Below are positions 28,887-39,367 of a stretch of 64,000 nucleotides of DNA, piece by piece. The stretch is from NCBI GenBank assembly GCA_965199495.1, contig CBDASK010000003.1:1120001-1184000 (forward strand). The letters run 5' to 3'. The notes beneath the pieces are model-generated. The model was not told the origin of the DNA. It searched no databases and was given only the letters and a program-made list of their open reading frames with translations. Source of the DNA: Abditibacterium sp. Lineage in GTDB: Bacteria; Armatimonadota; Abditibacteriia; Abditibacteriales; Abditibacteriaceae. Position numbers and translations under genes: made by a program. Positions within the stretch are counted from its first letter, which is position 1. Every line of letters begins with the position of its first letter.

Positions 28887-31800
28887 AGTGGTGCGTTGCG
28901 GTAATGGTCGTATACATCATCAAAATTAGAGTTACCTTGGCGAGCCAGTAAGTCCAGCAGTTCGAGAGTGTCTTGGCGTGAGTCCCTGTTTTTAGCAGCC
29001 GTCTCTAAAATGAATCTGGCATTGTCCTCTGATAAATAGGAAGGACGCGTCACATGAGCGCGCATTCGAGAGTAAACGCGGATTGCAATTGTGGGGTCTT
29101 GCTGAACGTGTTTCGCGATGAATCCTTCTAACTCTTCCCATGCGTGCCGAATTCCTTTCTGGCCCTCTAAATGCGGAATGGTATCTAAAAGCAAGGAGCT
29201 AAGGGATGCCAGACTCTCTTCTTCTGGAGCCGCATTCACCAAAAGACAAAGCCACTGCATTTCTTCATCGAAATCGGCGGGATGGCTCTTTTGTGAAGAC
29301 TCGTCGGCACGCCATTGCCAGAACTCACGGACTTTTTGCCACAGCAGCGCCAAAGGCGGTCTTATAATTCCATCTTCTGAATTCTCCTGATTAGCCGCTC
29401 TTTTTTTCTCCTCTGTCATGGTGCGCCAGAGAGTCCATGCGACTTTTCCGCGTTGCTCAGGCGTCGCTTTTTCCATGAAGAGTCTCAGTAGGTTATTAGG
29501 GCCAGCCTCCGAACGCAGATCATACTTCAGGCCAAGTTCTTCGTCGTTGAAATACTCCGCAAACAAATGAACCGCGAAGCTCTCAGTTCGCCGTAGATAC
29601 GTTTTAGTAAGAAATCCCAATTCCATCGCTTCGATTGCTTGAACGTAGATCGGGCGCATTTTGTCGAACAGCGGTAGGTAAAGTTGAGGATTGCTAACGA
29701 TATAAGAATCCCAAGCGGCAGCGAAATACCAGCGGCTCTCTTTGTCTGTGCCCAAAGGGAAGATGTCGTATAAATGCGCTTCTGTCCATTCTTGATGGAG
29801 CCAGTAAAAGCTGACCAAATGCCGTCCATAAACAGAACGCACAGCATGGCTGGGATCATAGTTCAAATTTAAATGAGTTGTCAAAGTGGCGAGCACTTGT
29901 GGTTCGATGCGTCTTAACCCCGCGCCTATGCGAGGATGACCATCTAAGCCGCGCTCCCAAAGAGTGGATGAGTAGACCTCCAAAGCACTCAAAGCCTCTG
30001 TTCTGACATGGTTAATAGCGACGATAAGCGGGTCTTGATGCCCCAACCAACCCTCTTGTGGTCTGTCGCTCATAGCATCAGGATCAGGGTCTTCAGCGAA
30101 AAGCATTAGCGAATCACGGACGCGGGGTAGAAGGCTATCTGGAATTTTGCGTTGATCTTTCTGAGCCAATCCATTGCTGATCATAGACACCAAACTGCGG
30201 CGCACGTCAGACCAGCCACCGTGGATGTTACGAGTCATATCAACGCTCAATTTTTGGTCAGCGAGAATGCTTTCTGCTAATTGTAAACGCCACTCCCACA
30301 TCTCGTCATCGCTCATAGGAACTAAAAGCATCGCATCGAAGGTCGAGTTAGGCTCAACATTTACGACAATCGCATCCTCTTCTGGCAAAGTGTTCTCAAC
30401 GTCAATTGTAAAAATTTCTCCCGAAGAAATCCCAGAATTATTCTCTTGCGAAGACACAGCTTCTGTTTCAACTGAATCGGAAGATGAATATACGCGACGC
30501 GTTCTTCCACGTCTTGGGTTCCGAATAGAGCCTTGAGTTCCTTTGTGCGATGATTGTTTTGGAAGCTCAGATTCTTCGAGAGAAAAAGTGACGTTGATCA
30601 TTGCCAAAGCCAAAGCTGGGCGCAACTTAAATAACGGCACGATCCAACGGTCGTAATAGAGCAAATTCTGGCGCAGCACATAAGCGATATCACTGGCCAA
30701 TCCATCCCAGTTGACCTCTACAAGACCTCCCCCTTGCAAAGTCGGTGATTCCCAAGTGCTGAGAAAATCCCAGAGTTGCGACGGCGTGTAGCGACTCAGT
30801 TCTTCGCGTGATAACGGACTACTATTAGATACAAAGCCTCCCATCATATAGTTGTTGAAGGAGGGATGTTCGGGCTTCTTAAAGCGTGCAACTATGTCGT
30901 CCAACAAAGTCTTCTCCGCGTTTGGCAGATGCGCCCTTATCATCCATAACCGGTCACGCCGCCACAAATCAAGATAAAGCTGGCGAAACTCCGCAGCATC
31001 CCCGCCCTTAATGGACAACCCCCATTCTACGCTGCTCTCCAAATACTCTTCCGAAGGCCCTCGCAAAATAATATCGAGCGCGGTTCGCTGATCAACCTCA
31101 CTCATCAAAGGAAATCCTTCTGCCAAAACGTTGAAGAATTCGTGGTGAATATCAGAGTCGTGGTAATTATCTGCGTCCAACAATATTTCCGTTACAAACG
31201 GAATCAACTCGCCTGGAAAGAAGCTCAGCAGGTGAATTCCTAAACGGCGCAAAATCTGACGAGGGTGAGCGAGATAACGCTCGATGTGTCCTCGCACATC
31301 CTCTATGTTGTCTTTGCCTTGATCTTGCAACGTGTCGCGCAACAGCTCCAAGAGGAAATCTTTGTGGGAAAACCCGTTATCCTGATCAGATTCTTCAATA
31401 GCCCTCCGCCACCATGTATGATCGGGCGCCTTTCCACTAAAGCCTTGCGTCTCTGCTTCAACATCCAAGGTTTCAAGCAACCGAGCTTCCCACACTTCGC
31501 GCAGAGCCTCAAAATCGCACTGTCGGAGCAGAGAAAAAAGAGGTCTTTCCTCTTTGTTGTCTAAACGCAATCGAGATGTCGTATCCAACACTGACAACGC
31601 GTCTGCGTTGAGGACGTATTCCCCTTCACCTGAACCAGATATAGCTCTTGCATTGCCGTTGGGGTGAGGTTTAGCCAAAGCCTTCAAAAGCTCGAACGCG
31701 GCGGCGTGGCTGTGTCCAACAAGAGCTTCGACCAACTCAAACGCTTCGTAAACCAATGAGGCGGATAGAGCTATGTCTTCGATCCAACTACGCACTAAAA

Positions 31801-32239
31801 ATAAGACAGGTTCGATGTGGTCGGGATCGGTAACTACTAAATTGGTAAGCGCGCGCAAACCAGCCTGTAAGAACCGAACATCAGCCTTTTCAGAATTCAA
31901 GAAATTCAAGTGTTCCAACACATAGTTGGGACGCTTCACAGCGTGGTAAATCAAGAACTCCTGCAAGTCCCAGAAACGGAACCAACCGGAGTTGTCTTCC
32001 AAAGTCTCAATAGCAGGAATAACTTTATAGAAGCCTTCTTCCCAAAGGACATCTAACCATGCAACGTGAGGTCGCGCTCTGAAGAATTCGCGTCTCAAAT
32101 CTTTCTTCTGACGTAACACGTCCAAAGTCACTGCCAACGCGGCAGCATCCGACCGGGGACTACTCTGTTGGGCATAGTCGGTCAGAATAGCTGTTTGTGT
32201 ATGGAACGTTACCTGATGCGTATTTTCAGATTTAGACAT
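28883..32239 (-). CDS. Large helical-repeat protein resembling the sensor half of Avs-type STAND proteins, with no NTPase motif
   Basis: 1118 aa, overlaps the upstream ATPase by 8 bp. AINHVRTEAL..L...DPSHAVR resembles AVINNERGIAF...DPSPVMR in 33475-38145. Confidence 0.7.
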   Translation of the reverse strand: MSKSENTHQVTFHTQTAILTDYAQQSSPRSDAAALAVTLDVLRQKKDLRREFFRARPHVAWLDVLWEEGFYKVIPAIETLEDNSGWFRFWDLQEFLIYHAVKRPNYVLEHLNFLNSEKADVRFLQAGLRALTNLVVTDPDHIEPVLFLVRSWIEDIALSASLVYEAFELVEALVGHSHAAAFELLKALAKPHPNGNARAISGSGEGEYVLNADALSVLDTTSRLRLDNKEERPLFSLLRQCDFEALREVWEARLLETLDVEAETQGFSGKAPDHTWWRRAIEESDQDNGFSHKDFLLELLRDTLQDQGKDNIEDVRGHIERYLAHPRQILRRLGIHLLSFFPGELIPFVTEILLDADNYHDSDIHHEFFNVLAEGFPLMSEVDQRTALDIILRGPSEEYLESSVEWGLSIKGGDAAEFRQLYLDLWRRDRLWMIRAHLPNAEKTLLDDIVARFKKPEHPSFNNYMMGGFVSNSSPLSREELSRYTPSQLWDFLSTWESPTLQGGGLVEVNWDGLASDIAYVLRQNLLYYDRWIVPLFKLRPALALAMINVTFSLEESELPKQSSHKGTQGSIRNPRRGRTRRVYSSSDSVETEAVSSQENNSGISSGEIFTIDVENTLPEEDAIVVNVEPNSTFDAMLLVPMSDDEMWEWRLQLAESILADQKLSVDMTRNIHGGWSDVRRSLVSMISNGLAQKDQRKIPDSLLPRVRDSLMLFAEDPDPDAMSDRPQEGWLGHQDPLIVAINHVRTEALSALEVYSSTLWERGLDGHPRIGAGLRRIEPQVLATLTTHLNLNYDPSHAVRSVYGRHLVSFYWLHQEWTEAHLYDIFPLGTDKESRWYFAAAWDSYIVSNPQLYLPLFDKMRPIYVQAIEAMELGFLTKTYLRRTESFAVHLFAEYFNDEELGLKYDLRSEAGPNNLLRLFMEKATPEQRGKVAWTLWRTMTEEKKRAANQENSEDGIIRPPLALLWQKVREFWQWRADESSQKSHPADFDEEMQWLCLLVNAAPEEESLASLSSLLLDTIPHLEGQKGIRHAWEELEGFIAKHVQQDPTIAIRVYSRMRAHVTRPSYLSEDNARFILETAAKNRDSRQDTLELLDLLARQGNSNFDDVYDHYRNAPL

Positions 32240-33461
32240 CGAAAATTCTCCTTAATCTCGCTTCGCGCGTGGGGTCTTCTAACTCGTCAACTTTGGCAAT
32301 TTTTTCCATCCACACTATAACATTCTGTGCTCTAAAAATTCCTAATGCACTGGAAATATCGCTCTCGTTCATTCCATCTTTCAGAGCATTGGTGGCGTAA
32401 ACGAAGTTTTGCAAATTTTCATGCGAGAAGATGCAGATTCGAGAATTTTGCGAACGTCGTCGAATGAATCCTTCGCTAATTAGCCGGTTGTGGTGTTTGT
32501 TTTCTGGATCATCTAATCGAAAAGTGCCCTCTGGCGATTTGAGAGTTTTAGCCGCTAACAGACTCAATTCAGCCATCAACGCATCTCCTGATTCTGTATG
32601 TTGGCGTTGGAAAACGTCAAGCCTCGCCTTCCACAGCATCACGTCATTAGTCAAATTACTGAAGTCGAAATCAGGATTTTTCTGATGAATAGCGGCTATC
32701 AGCGAAAGGTTTAATAGGTTCCTCCCCAACTCCACCACTTCCTCCGAAGAATTTATAATTTTTAGCTTTTTGAAATATGGCAATGAGTCGAGTAGTTGAA
32801 TGCTTTCGACCCTATGAAATGAGCGACTATCCACGAGAGGAGCCAGCAATGCCTCCTCTCGAACTTCCTTTTGCCGTGAGATGACAACGACATGTATGCC
32901 CAAGCTGTGGCAATCCAAAGCAGTCTGGATGATTTCTCTCCCAGCAGCAGAACCCGCGATATTATCAACTTGGTCGAAGACAAGCAAGAAATCCATATTT
33001 GGCTCTTGCCATTCCTTGGTGATTTCCAAGCACGCTCGACTTAGGGAGAGATTTCCCAAAGAGAGATAATTCTGTAAATCCACTGAATTGCTCACGCCAT
33101 AGAAGTTACGGCAATCGAGCATTAATCGAGGTTGTTTTCGCTTTTCAGCGCCATCCATAAGTAGAAATCCCAAACCACTTTTGCCTGTCCCAGAATCTCC
33201 CACGATTAAAGCAGACTGTCCTCTCTTGAAAGCACTCTCAACATCATTGACTTCATCACGCATGATCAAATCTAAGCCCTCAATGAATGGTCGGCTATTG
33301 CGCGTTGCGCGGATATTTCTGTCCTCAAAAGTCTCCCAAATAGAAGACATGATGTTAATATAAACTTTGGAGTTATCGCCTGTAACAACGGGGCTGTTAT
33401 TGAGGTCACCATTGATATTGACTGTTCTGTTGTTCATTGGATTTTCGATGAAGACATTCAC
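32232..33461 (-). CDS. Short STAND/NACHT-like P-loop ATPase with N-terminal amyloid-like motif
   Basis: Walker A GDSGTGKS, Walker B LLVFDQVD, VVISR, RNLLNLSLI, winged-helix FSHENLQNF. Confidence 0.8.
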   Translation of the reverse strand: MNVFIENPMNNRTVNINGDLNNSPVVTGDNSKVYINIMSSIWETFEDRNIRATRNSRPFIEGLDLIMRDEVNDVESAFKRGQSALIVGDSGTGKSGLGFLLMDGAEKRKQPRLMLDCRNFYGVSNSVDLQNYLSLGNLSLSRACLEITKEWQEPNMDFLLVFDQVDNIAGSAAGREIIQTALDCHSLGIHVVVISRQKEVREEALLAPLVDSRSFHRVESIQLLDSLPYFKKLKIINSSEEVVELGRNLLNLSLIAAIHQKNPDFDFSNLTNDVMLWKARLDVFQRQHTESGDALMAELSLLAAKTLKSPEGTFRLDDPENKHHNRLISEGFIRRRSQNSRICIFSHENLQNFVYATNALKDGMNESDISSALGIFRAQNVIVWMEKIAKVDELEDPTREARLRRIFDV

Positions 33462-33474
33462 ATATTAATGCTGC

Positions 33475-36400
33475 CTAACGTCTGTCCCACTCTGTCAGTA
33501 GGTTTTGAGCAACACCGACATTTTGCTCCATCAGTTGATCGAAGGTTTTCAAGGCTCTTTCTCTCCAATCGTCGCTACAAAGCGGATCGGTATATACACG
33601 TAAGGCTAAGCGCATCCAGTCCTCGGATAAGTAGAATCGGTTCTTCTCCTGGTATGTATTGGACAGACTTTTCTCCAAAAGAAAAAGCATATCTTCCGGC
33701 TGTGCCTCGCAAATAGACCATAAGAAGTCGCGCCAACCATCCAATCCATCAAACAGCGATTTTGAATCAGCGAACGAAGTGGCAAAATCGTAAATCGCGT
33801 CGGGCGGAAGATTCACTTGATTCTTAGTGACCCGTCTGAAGACGCTTGCCACTATCTGTCTAACTTTTTCGTTCTCGTCATTCAGAAGCAACTTTAGCCA
33901 CTGAAGACACTCATCTGCCGCAGCACTTGTGAGATTATTGACCGCGATATTAGCCACTGCCAAACGCCACGGAACACGCCCACTTACACAACGATTAGCA
34001 ATAGCACGCACTTCATTCCGAACAGAATCACTTTCAAGAACTAACGGAGATATTGTGGCGATACAAACTAATTCTGCGCCACTTTGGGCGCATTCATCGT
34101 CGTGAGGTGAAGTATTAAGTTCGCGTTCTCGCTTTACATGGGAAGACCAATCTCTCATGCTATCTCTGCCTAAAATTGCGTTAGAAGGCCGAGTCTCCGG
34201 CTCCGGTATCACCGTCGCTTTCGTTGGGTTTTCCGCCCCTTGATTCATCATCTTTTCTATATGCGGCAACAATACCTGCAATTGACCGTTCATTGCCCAG
34301 TAGATAAATTCTCGAGTCGCGCCAGCACGCAATATCTCTGGGCGACCTCTCACTGATTGTTGGAAAAGCGTAGTCGCTTCTCCTTTACAGTTTTGGAGAT
34401 GATATTTCAATTCCTCAATGCCAGCGACACGCATTACAGGTGACGGATCTTGCGCAACAAACTCCAGTAACTTCCAGCGACGCTCCTCGTAAATCACCGA
34501 ATTCCGGTTGTCGAAAATTCTCATCAAGGTTTGAAAAGCAATTCCCCTTTCGTTGTTGATGACGGCGTTGTGTGAGTCTTGAGCTGAATGCGTGACCAAT
34601 CGTTCTCTTTCTTTTTGAAAATCGTCATCTAAGTCGATCTCGCCATGAGGCAAGCCACGCACATAGCTTTCCAGCAAGTCGATTAAGTCTGGTGGCAAAA
34701 TCTCTATGCGCTTTTCCAAATTCCAAGCTAAATAGCGACGTGTCTCAGCCCATGACAGCATTCCTCCCTTTCCGTATCCCTGAATGCCTGGGGACGGTGC
34801 CAAAAGCCTAACTGCTTCAAAAAACCAATCAACAGGCGCGACAAAGGGCGAAATCAACTGCTCGTGAGTTGACGATTGATTTGTTTTCTCTTCCACCTCT
34901 TCCTGCAGAAGAATATTACGTTCTTCGAGAGGCTTTGTCGCCCCAGAGAAACCCTCCATAAAAGCGTGTCGGTAAGGTAAATCCAGAGATTTATATTCAC
35001 CCGAATCTTGAAGGCGGGTGAGCAAATTCTTGAAGCGTTGCGGCTGAGCGACAATGCTATCTACTAAGGCGCCCGAAAAGGAATTGCGCTGTTCAGCAAT
35101 GTCACGCGCATCGAGTGAGTCAACGGGCTTATTCCATGTAATATGAAATATGTCGAGCCACTGCCGATCAGATATTTTCAGGGCTTTATCGAGTGGCAAA
35201 GCCATACGATTTCTCATTGACCGAAAAATGCTGGGAGAAGTTTCAGCTTCTGCTTCAGGGAATTTCCGCCGCAACTCGCGCACAACGGCACGCGCGTTAT
35301 CACTCCGCAGTTCCGGTGCAAATGCTTCCAAGTGCAGTAATTCCTCTTCGCCTCGAAATTTGAGCATATGTCGCCCGTTTCCATACCAACGCCTGACATC
35401 ACGCGAACACTCGATAAGAAACTCTTGCAACTCTTCGCGTGTTTCTATCGAAAGATTTGGGCTGATGAGCGTGATTAGATGCCTCGAATCGAACACCTTG
35501 CGGTCTCCTATTCTCAATCGGCGACTATCTCCCATCAGGTAGAGAGCAGCTTCTTCCCCCAGTAATTCCGGAGAAAGCTGAAAAGTGTGCACCAGTATTT
35601 GGTGCATGGACAAACGCTCCCAAACTGCTATTCGCCCCATCCACTGTTGAAACAACGCGCGATTACTTGTGGCAAGTTGGACTAACGCATTGGCTACGCC
35701 TTCCACAATGAAGTGGCGCACACAGTGTCCACTGCCATGCCAAATCTCATAGATTTCGTCATCACCGTAATGGTAACGGGATTCAGTGTGCTTGTTAGTA
35801 GTTCCCAACGCCCTTTCAATCCAAGGCACAATTTGGTTAATGAATTCTTCTGGTTCGAGTGTAGGCAACTCTTCAAACAGATCATGAGCAGAACTACCAT
35901 TCAGAATCTCAAGTCGTTCTGACAGCGAGTAGGTTTGGAGCCGTAACAATTCATGTGAACTATCGGGATATTTTGACTCCGTGCGATGAGCATTGAATAC
36001 CGCCAGTAATCCATCCAAGATAATACGAGTGACGCGACACGCGGCAGCAGGATCGAACTTCATTAGCTCTTTCAAACTCCACATATTTCCAACCATCAAT
36101 TTTTCTCCTCGCGCTAAGACAGTATTAATTTTGGTAGAGATAACGGTTTCGAGTAAAGTAACGGCAGACTTCGACTTCCACTCACCAATGTTACCCAGCC
36201 ACCCTTCCAAACGTTCGTTCCAAGCATCACTTCGCCCAACGAAGGAAGTAAGTAATTCTGCCACATCATCTTGTGCTACATGATTCATCGAACTCAGATA
36301 ACGGAACACCACGTGGTTCAGAAATTCATCCTCTGACAATTGTAACCATGAAGGAAGTAATGATTTTTTGACGCGGAGGAACCAACCCAAATTGTTCCCC

Positions 36401-38145
36401 ATCCAAGGTAACAATTCATCGCGCTGAGTTGATGAATTTAATAATCGCTGTGCAACACGCCATTCGCCTTCGGTGGGATCGCGTAAGGCACCAAACCAAC
36501 TTCTCAACAATGTTTTCAGATGTTGTCGCAGAGAAGGTGAAGATAATAGTTGTTGAAGCTGGACTAAATAAGCATCAGGGTCGCTGCCTCTCAAGTAAGC
36601 AATGGTCTGGAGCATTTGAGGACGAGCGTATAAAGATTGATCGCCCTCTAAGATAAATGCCGTCAGATCGCCTCGATTTTCTACAAACGATTTAGCGACA
36701 CAGAAGTCTATGAACGTTTGGTGTAGAAATGCCCATTCATTACCCGCTTCCACTAAGATTCCAACACTCGCTAACCATCTCACTGAAGATTCCAGATCGC
36801 GGTTTTCAGGCTGCGAGAAGAGGGAGCGTGGAGCAGAAGTTTTCCGATTTTCTCTCATATACTCTGCAACTTTCTCAACAGCCGCTTCTCTTTCTGCAAT
36901 AGGAGGCGCTCCAGACTCCTCACGACGCAAGACGGAGTTCCATAACAAACGATACAAATCTTGGAGTGTCGTGACTCCATAGCCTAAATCAGCCACAGAC
37001 TGCGTAATGTTCTTTGACGATTTCTCAAGCGCGGTGATAAAAATATCGAGGTGCAATGGCACTCGCAGCAGTTCGCGAGTAGAAGTGGAAAGCGAATTCC
37101 AGTCCAGCCCTTGGTTCTGGATGAAGGGGCGAACATCTTCCTCGTTCAACAGAGGAATATCGAAGGTGCTGCAAATCGCCAGATGACGCAGACGCGTATC
37201 AGAGTGCAAATCGAAAGTGCGACAGGATATAAGAATGCGAACTTTTGGTATTTCTTTGAGACGAGCGACTACTTCCAAAATAATATCCATCGCGCGTTGG
37301 TCACGGGATAAAGATAAAGATAAGGCATCGAGTTGATCAACTATAACAAGGACAGGGCCATTAGCAGCCAATCGACTCACAACTTCTTCCAGAGAGGTAG
37401 GTAAGTTCAAAGAGATGGCAAGGTCTTCCGGTATCTGAACACCTGCGAGTTGTTGGTCAGATTTTATTGCTAAGACGCATCCCCAATCCTTTTCCAGAGT
37501 GAGCATTACGTCGCGCGCAACACTGGTTTTCCCCATACCTGCACCATCAAGCAAAACGCCGATACGAGAATTTCCTTTTTCTTGCGCGTTCGATGAAAGC
37601 TCTGACTCGCTAATTTTGGCCCATTCCACTATTTTGCTAACCACATCTCGTGAGATAGCCTTTCCACTTTGTCCAACGGTGTGTTTGTGACTACGTAGAA
37701 GGGCGCCACAATTATGAGCACTGTCCCGCAGTTGTTCCAGTGAAATAGGCTCAGAGTCCTTTGAGAATTCGCTCTTTCCGATGGAAATACGCGCTTTTTC
37801 TTCGGCGTCAGTCTTCCATTGTTGCAAAACAGGAACAGGATGACGACTGACGTCATTGTCTATGTGCTTAGCACAGTTCTGACACAGCCAGATGCCATTG
37901 CCAATATCTTTTCTTTGTTCTGAGGTTAGGTTTGAATCATAACGTGGGCCACCCACTGCCGCTGCCGTGATATGAGCGCCTACGCCGACATTAACTGATT
38001 TGCTCTCATCATCTTGGGGGCCACAAGTTAATGCACGACAATCGGGATTAGAACATTTTTGTCCAACCCTGTCCGCCATTATACGCACAATCGAAGGAGG
38101 AAAATTATCTCTCTTTGACATCATAAAGTAGCCTCTGTGATTCAA
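33475..38145 (-). CDS. HNH-like nuclease + STAND ATPase + helical sensor (Avs-like NLR)
   Basis: CSNPDC...AHITAA..GGPRYD...NGIWLCQNCAKHID, Walker A GAGMGKT, Walker B IVDQLD, ISCRTFD, LLRVPLHL, FLHQTFIDF. Confidence 0.88.
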   Translation of the reverse strand: MNHRGYFMMSKRDNFPPSIVRIMADRVGQKCSNPDCRALTCGPQDDESKSVNVGVGAHITAAAVGGPRYDSNLTSEQRKDIGNGIWLCQNCAKHIDNDVSRHPVPVLQQWKTDAEEKARISIGKSEFSKDSEPISLEQLRDSAHNCGALLRSHKHTVGQSGKAISRDVVSKIVEWAKISESELSSNAQEKGNSRIGVLLDGAGMGKTSVARDVMLTLEKDWGCVLAIKSDQQLAGVQIPEDLAISLNLPTSLEEVVSRLAANGPVLVIVDQLDALSLSLSRDQRAMDIILEVVARLKEIPKVRILISCRTFDLHSDTRLRHLAICSTFDIPLLNEEDVRPFIQNQGLDWNSLSTSTRELLRVPLHLDIFITALEKSSKNITQSVADLGYGVTTLQDLYRLLWNSVLRREESGAPPIAEREAAVEKVAEYMRENRKTSAPRSLFSQPENRDLESSVRWLASVGILVEAGNEWAFLHQTFIDFCVAKSFVENRGDLTAFILEGDQSLYARPQMLQTIAYLRGSDPDAYLVQLQQLLSSPSLRQHLKTLLRSWFGALRDPTEGEWRVAQRLLNSSTQRDELLPWMGNNLGWFLRVKKSLLPSWLQLSEDEFLNHVVFRYLSSMNHVAQDDVAELLTSFVGRSDAWNERLEGWLGNIGEWKSKSAVTLLETVISTKINTVLARGEKLMVGNMWSLKELMKFDPAAACRVTRIILDGLLAVFNAHRTESKYPDSSHELLRLQTYSLSERLEILNGSSAHDLFEELPTLEPEEFINQIVPWIERALGTTNKHTESRYHYGDDEIYEIWHGSGHCVRHFIVEGVANALVQLATSNRALFQQWMGRIAVWERLSMHQILVHTFQLSPELLGEEAALYLMGDSRRLRIGDRKVFDSRHLITLISPNLSIETREELQEFLIECSRDVRRWYGNGRHMLKFRGEEELLHLEAFAPELRSDNARAVVRELRRKFPEAEAETSPSIFRSMRNRMALPLDKALKISDRQWLDIFHITWNKPVDSLDARDIAEQRNSFSGALVDSIVAQPQRFKNLLTRLQDSGEYKSLDLPYRHAFMEGFSGATKPLEERNILLQEEVEEKTNQSSTHEQLISPFVAPVDWFFEAVRLLAPSPGIQGYGKGGMLSWAETRRYLAWNLEKRIEILPPDLIDLLESYVRGLPHGEIDLDDDFQKERERLVTHSAQDSHNAVINNERGIAFQTLMRIFDNRNSVIYEERRWKLLEFVAQDPSPVMRVAGIEELKYHLQNCKGEATTLFQQSVRGRPEILRAGATREFIYWAMNGQLQVLLPHIEKMMNQGAENPTKATVIPEPETRPSNAILGRDSMRDWSSHVKRERELNTSPHDDECAQSGAELVCIATISPLVLESDSVRNEVRAIANRCVSGRVPWRLAVANIAVNNLTSAAADECLQWLKLLLNDENEKVRQIVASVFRRVTKNQVNLPPDAIYDFATSFADSKSLFDGLDGWRDFLWSICEAQPEDMLFLLEKSLSNTYQEKNRFYLSEDWMRLALRVYTDPLCSDDWRERALKTFDQLMEQNVGVAQNLLTEWDRR

Positions 38146-38488
38146 TCATCCAAATCATTCAGGATACATCTCTATAATTTTGCACTTCATTCAAGTCAGC
38201 AATGGTGCGCGAAAAGTTGAGAATTCGGTCGTAGTCCCACTCCGACTAAAAAACTGCACGACAGAGGTTTTGAGCAAATCTTTGTTTTGCTCATAATCCC
38301 AATCCTTATTCTAAAGAACGACAAACAAAGTTATATATTGGGTGGTCTTCTAATCACGAAAGAGCGAGCGAATACCGGGCCTGCTGAAGATGTGCCTACG
38401 TCTGACAACACCAATTTCTGATTTGGGAAATTATTAGTGTCCGAGACTTTTACAACCTCTTCAACAGAACATGACCACGCGGAACTTA

Positions 38489-39367
38489 GAGTCTGTGCTC
38501 GAAAGGAGTCATTTTCTACCATTCGGGTTCCAAGGTATGCAGTATTTTATCGATCATGGCCCATAGCATCCAAGCTCGGCTGAGATAAGTGTGGCCTTCG
38601 TAGTCTTTGCTTAATGCTTAAGCGCCGGTAGTAATTCATCCAGCCAAAGCTGCGTTCCACAACCCAGCGCACGGGCAATACCTCGAAGCCCTCTGCTCCG
38701 TCGTTGCGCTTAACGATTTCCACCTCGAAGCCAAACTGCCGCTCCATCTTCTCCTGCCACCCCCGACCCGCAAAGCCGCCATCGGCCCACATCACATCCA
38801 ATGACGCGCACATCGACTGCCCAACTATGCGCCAGAATCTCGCCTCGGCTCCTGCGCGTTCGGGCACACTGGCAGGTAAAACTAAAACTTCAAGCCAGTA
38901 GCCCAGAGTGTCCACCACAACAAAGCGCTTGCGTCCGCTCAGGCGTTTGGCTCCATCATAGCCGCGTTGTAGCAAACAGGAGTGCCCCCTTTTGATACCA
39001 CTTTGACGCTCTGACTATCTGTGATAGCGGCTGTAGGTGTTGCTTTTTGCCGTGGAATGTGCGCACTTCTTTGTGGAGCGAGGTATAAAGTTTGTCTAAC
39101 ACGCCGTTCCAGGCCCGGCGATGGTAGCAAGAATACACCGTGCTCCAATTAGGAAGATCATGGGGCAAGTTATGCCATTGACATCCGGTGCGCGCGATAT
39201 ACAAGATGGCGTTGACAATCTCGCGTCTATCCACGCTCGAACGACGCCCTCTGGCGCTTTCGACGTAAGGCCGCACCTCGGCCCACTGTTCATCTGTCAA
39301 ATCGGTATCGTAAGAGCGGCGCATCACAACTCAATTTGACTCCATTACTCCTTTCGAGCACAGACTC
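38489..39367 (-). mobile_element. IS5-family insertion sequence (879 bp)
   Basis: 21-bp perfect TIRs (GAGTCTGTGCTCGAAAGGAGT at 38489-38509, inverse at 39347-39367) with TA on both flanks. Confidence 0.92.
38547..39327 (-). pseudogene. IS5-family transposase split over at least three frames
   Basis: YDTDLTDEQW...RTGCQW..LP.D, then TAAITDSQSVK, then GYDGAKRLSGRKR..VVDTLG...WADGGF...RWVVERSFGW, each in a different frame. Confidence 0.85.
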
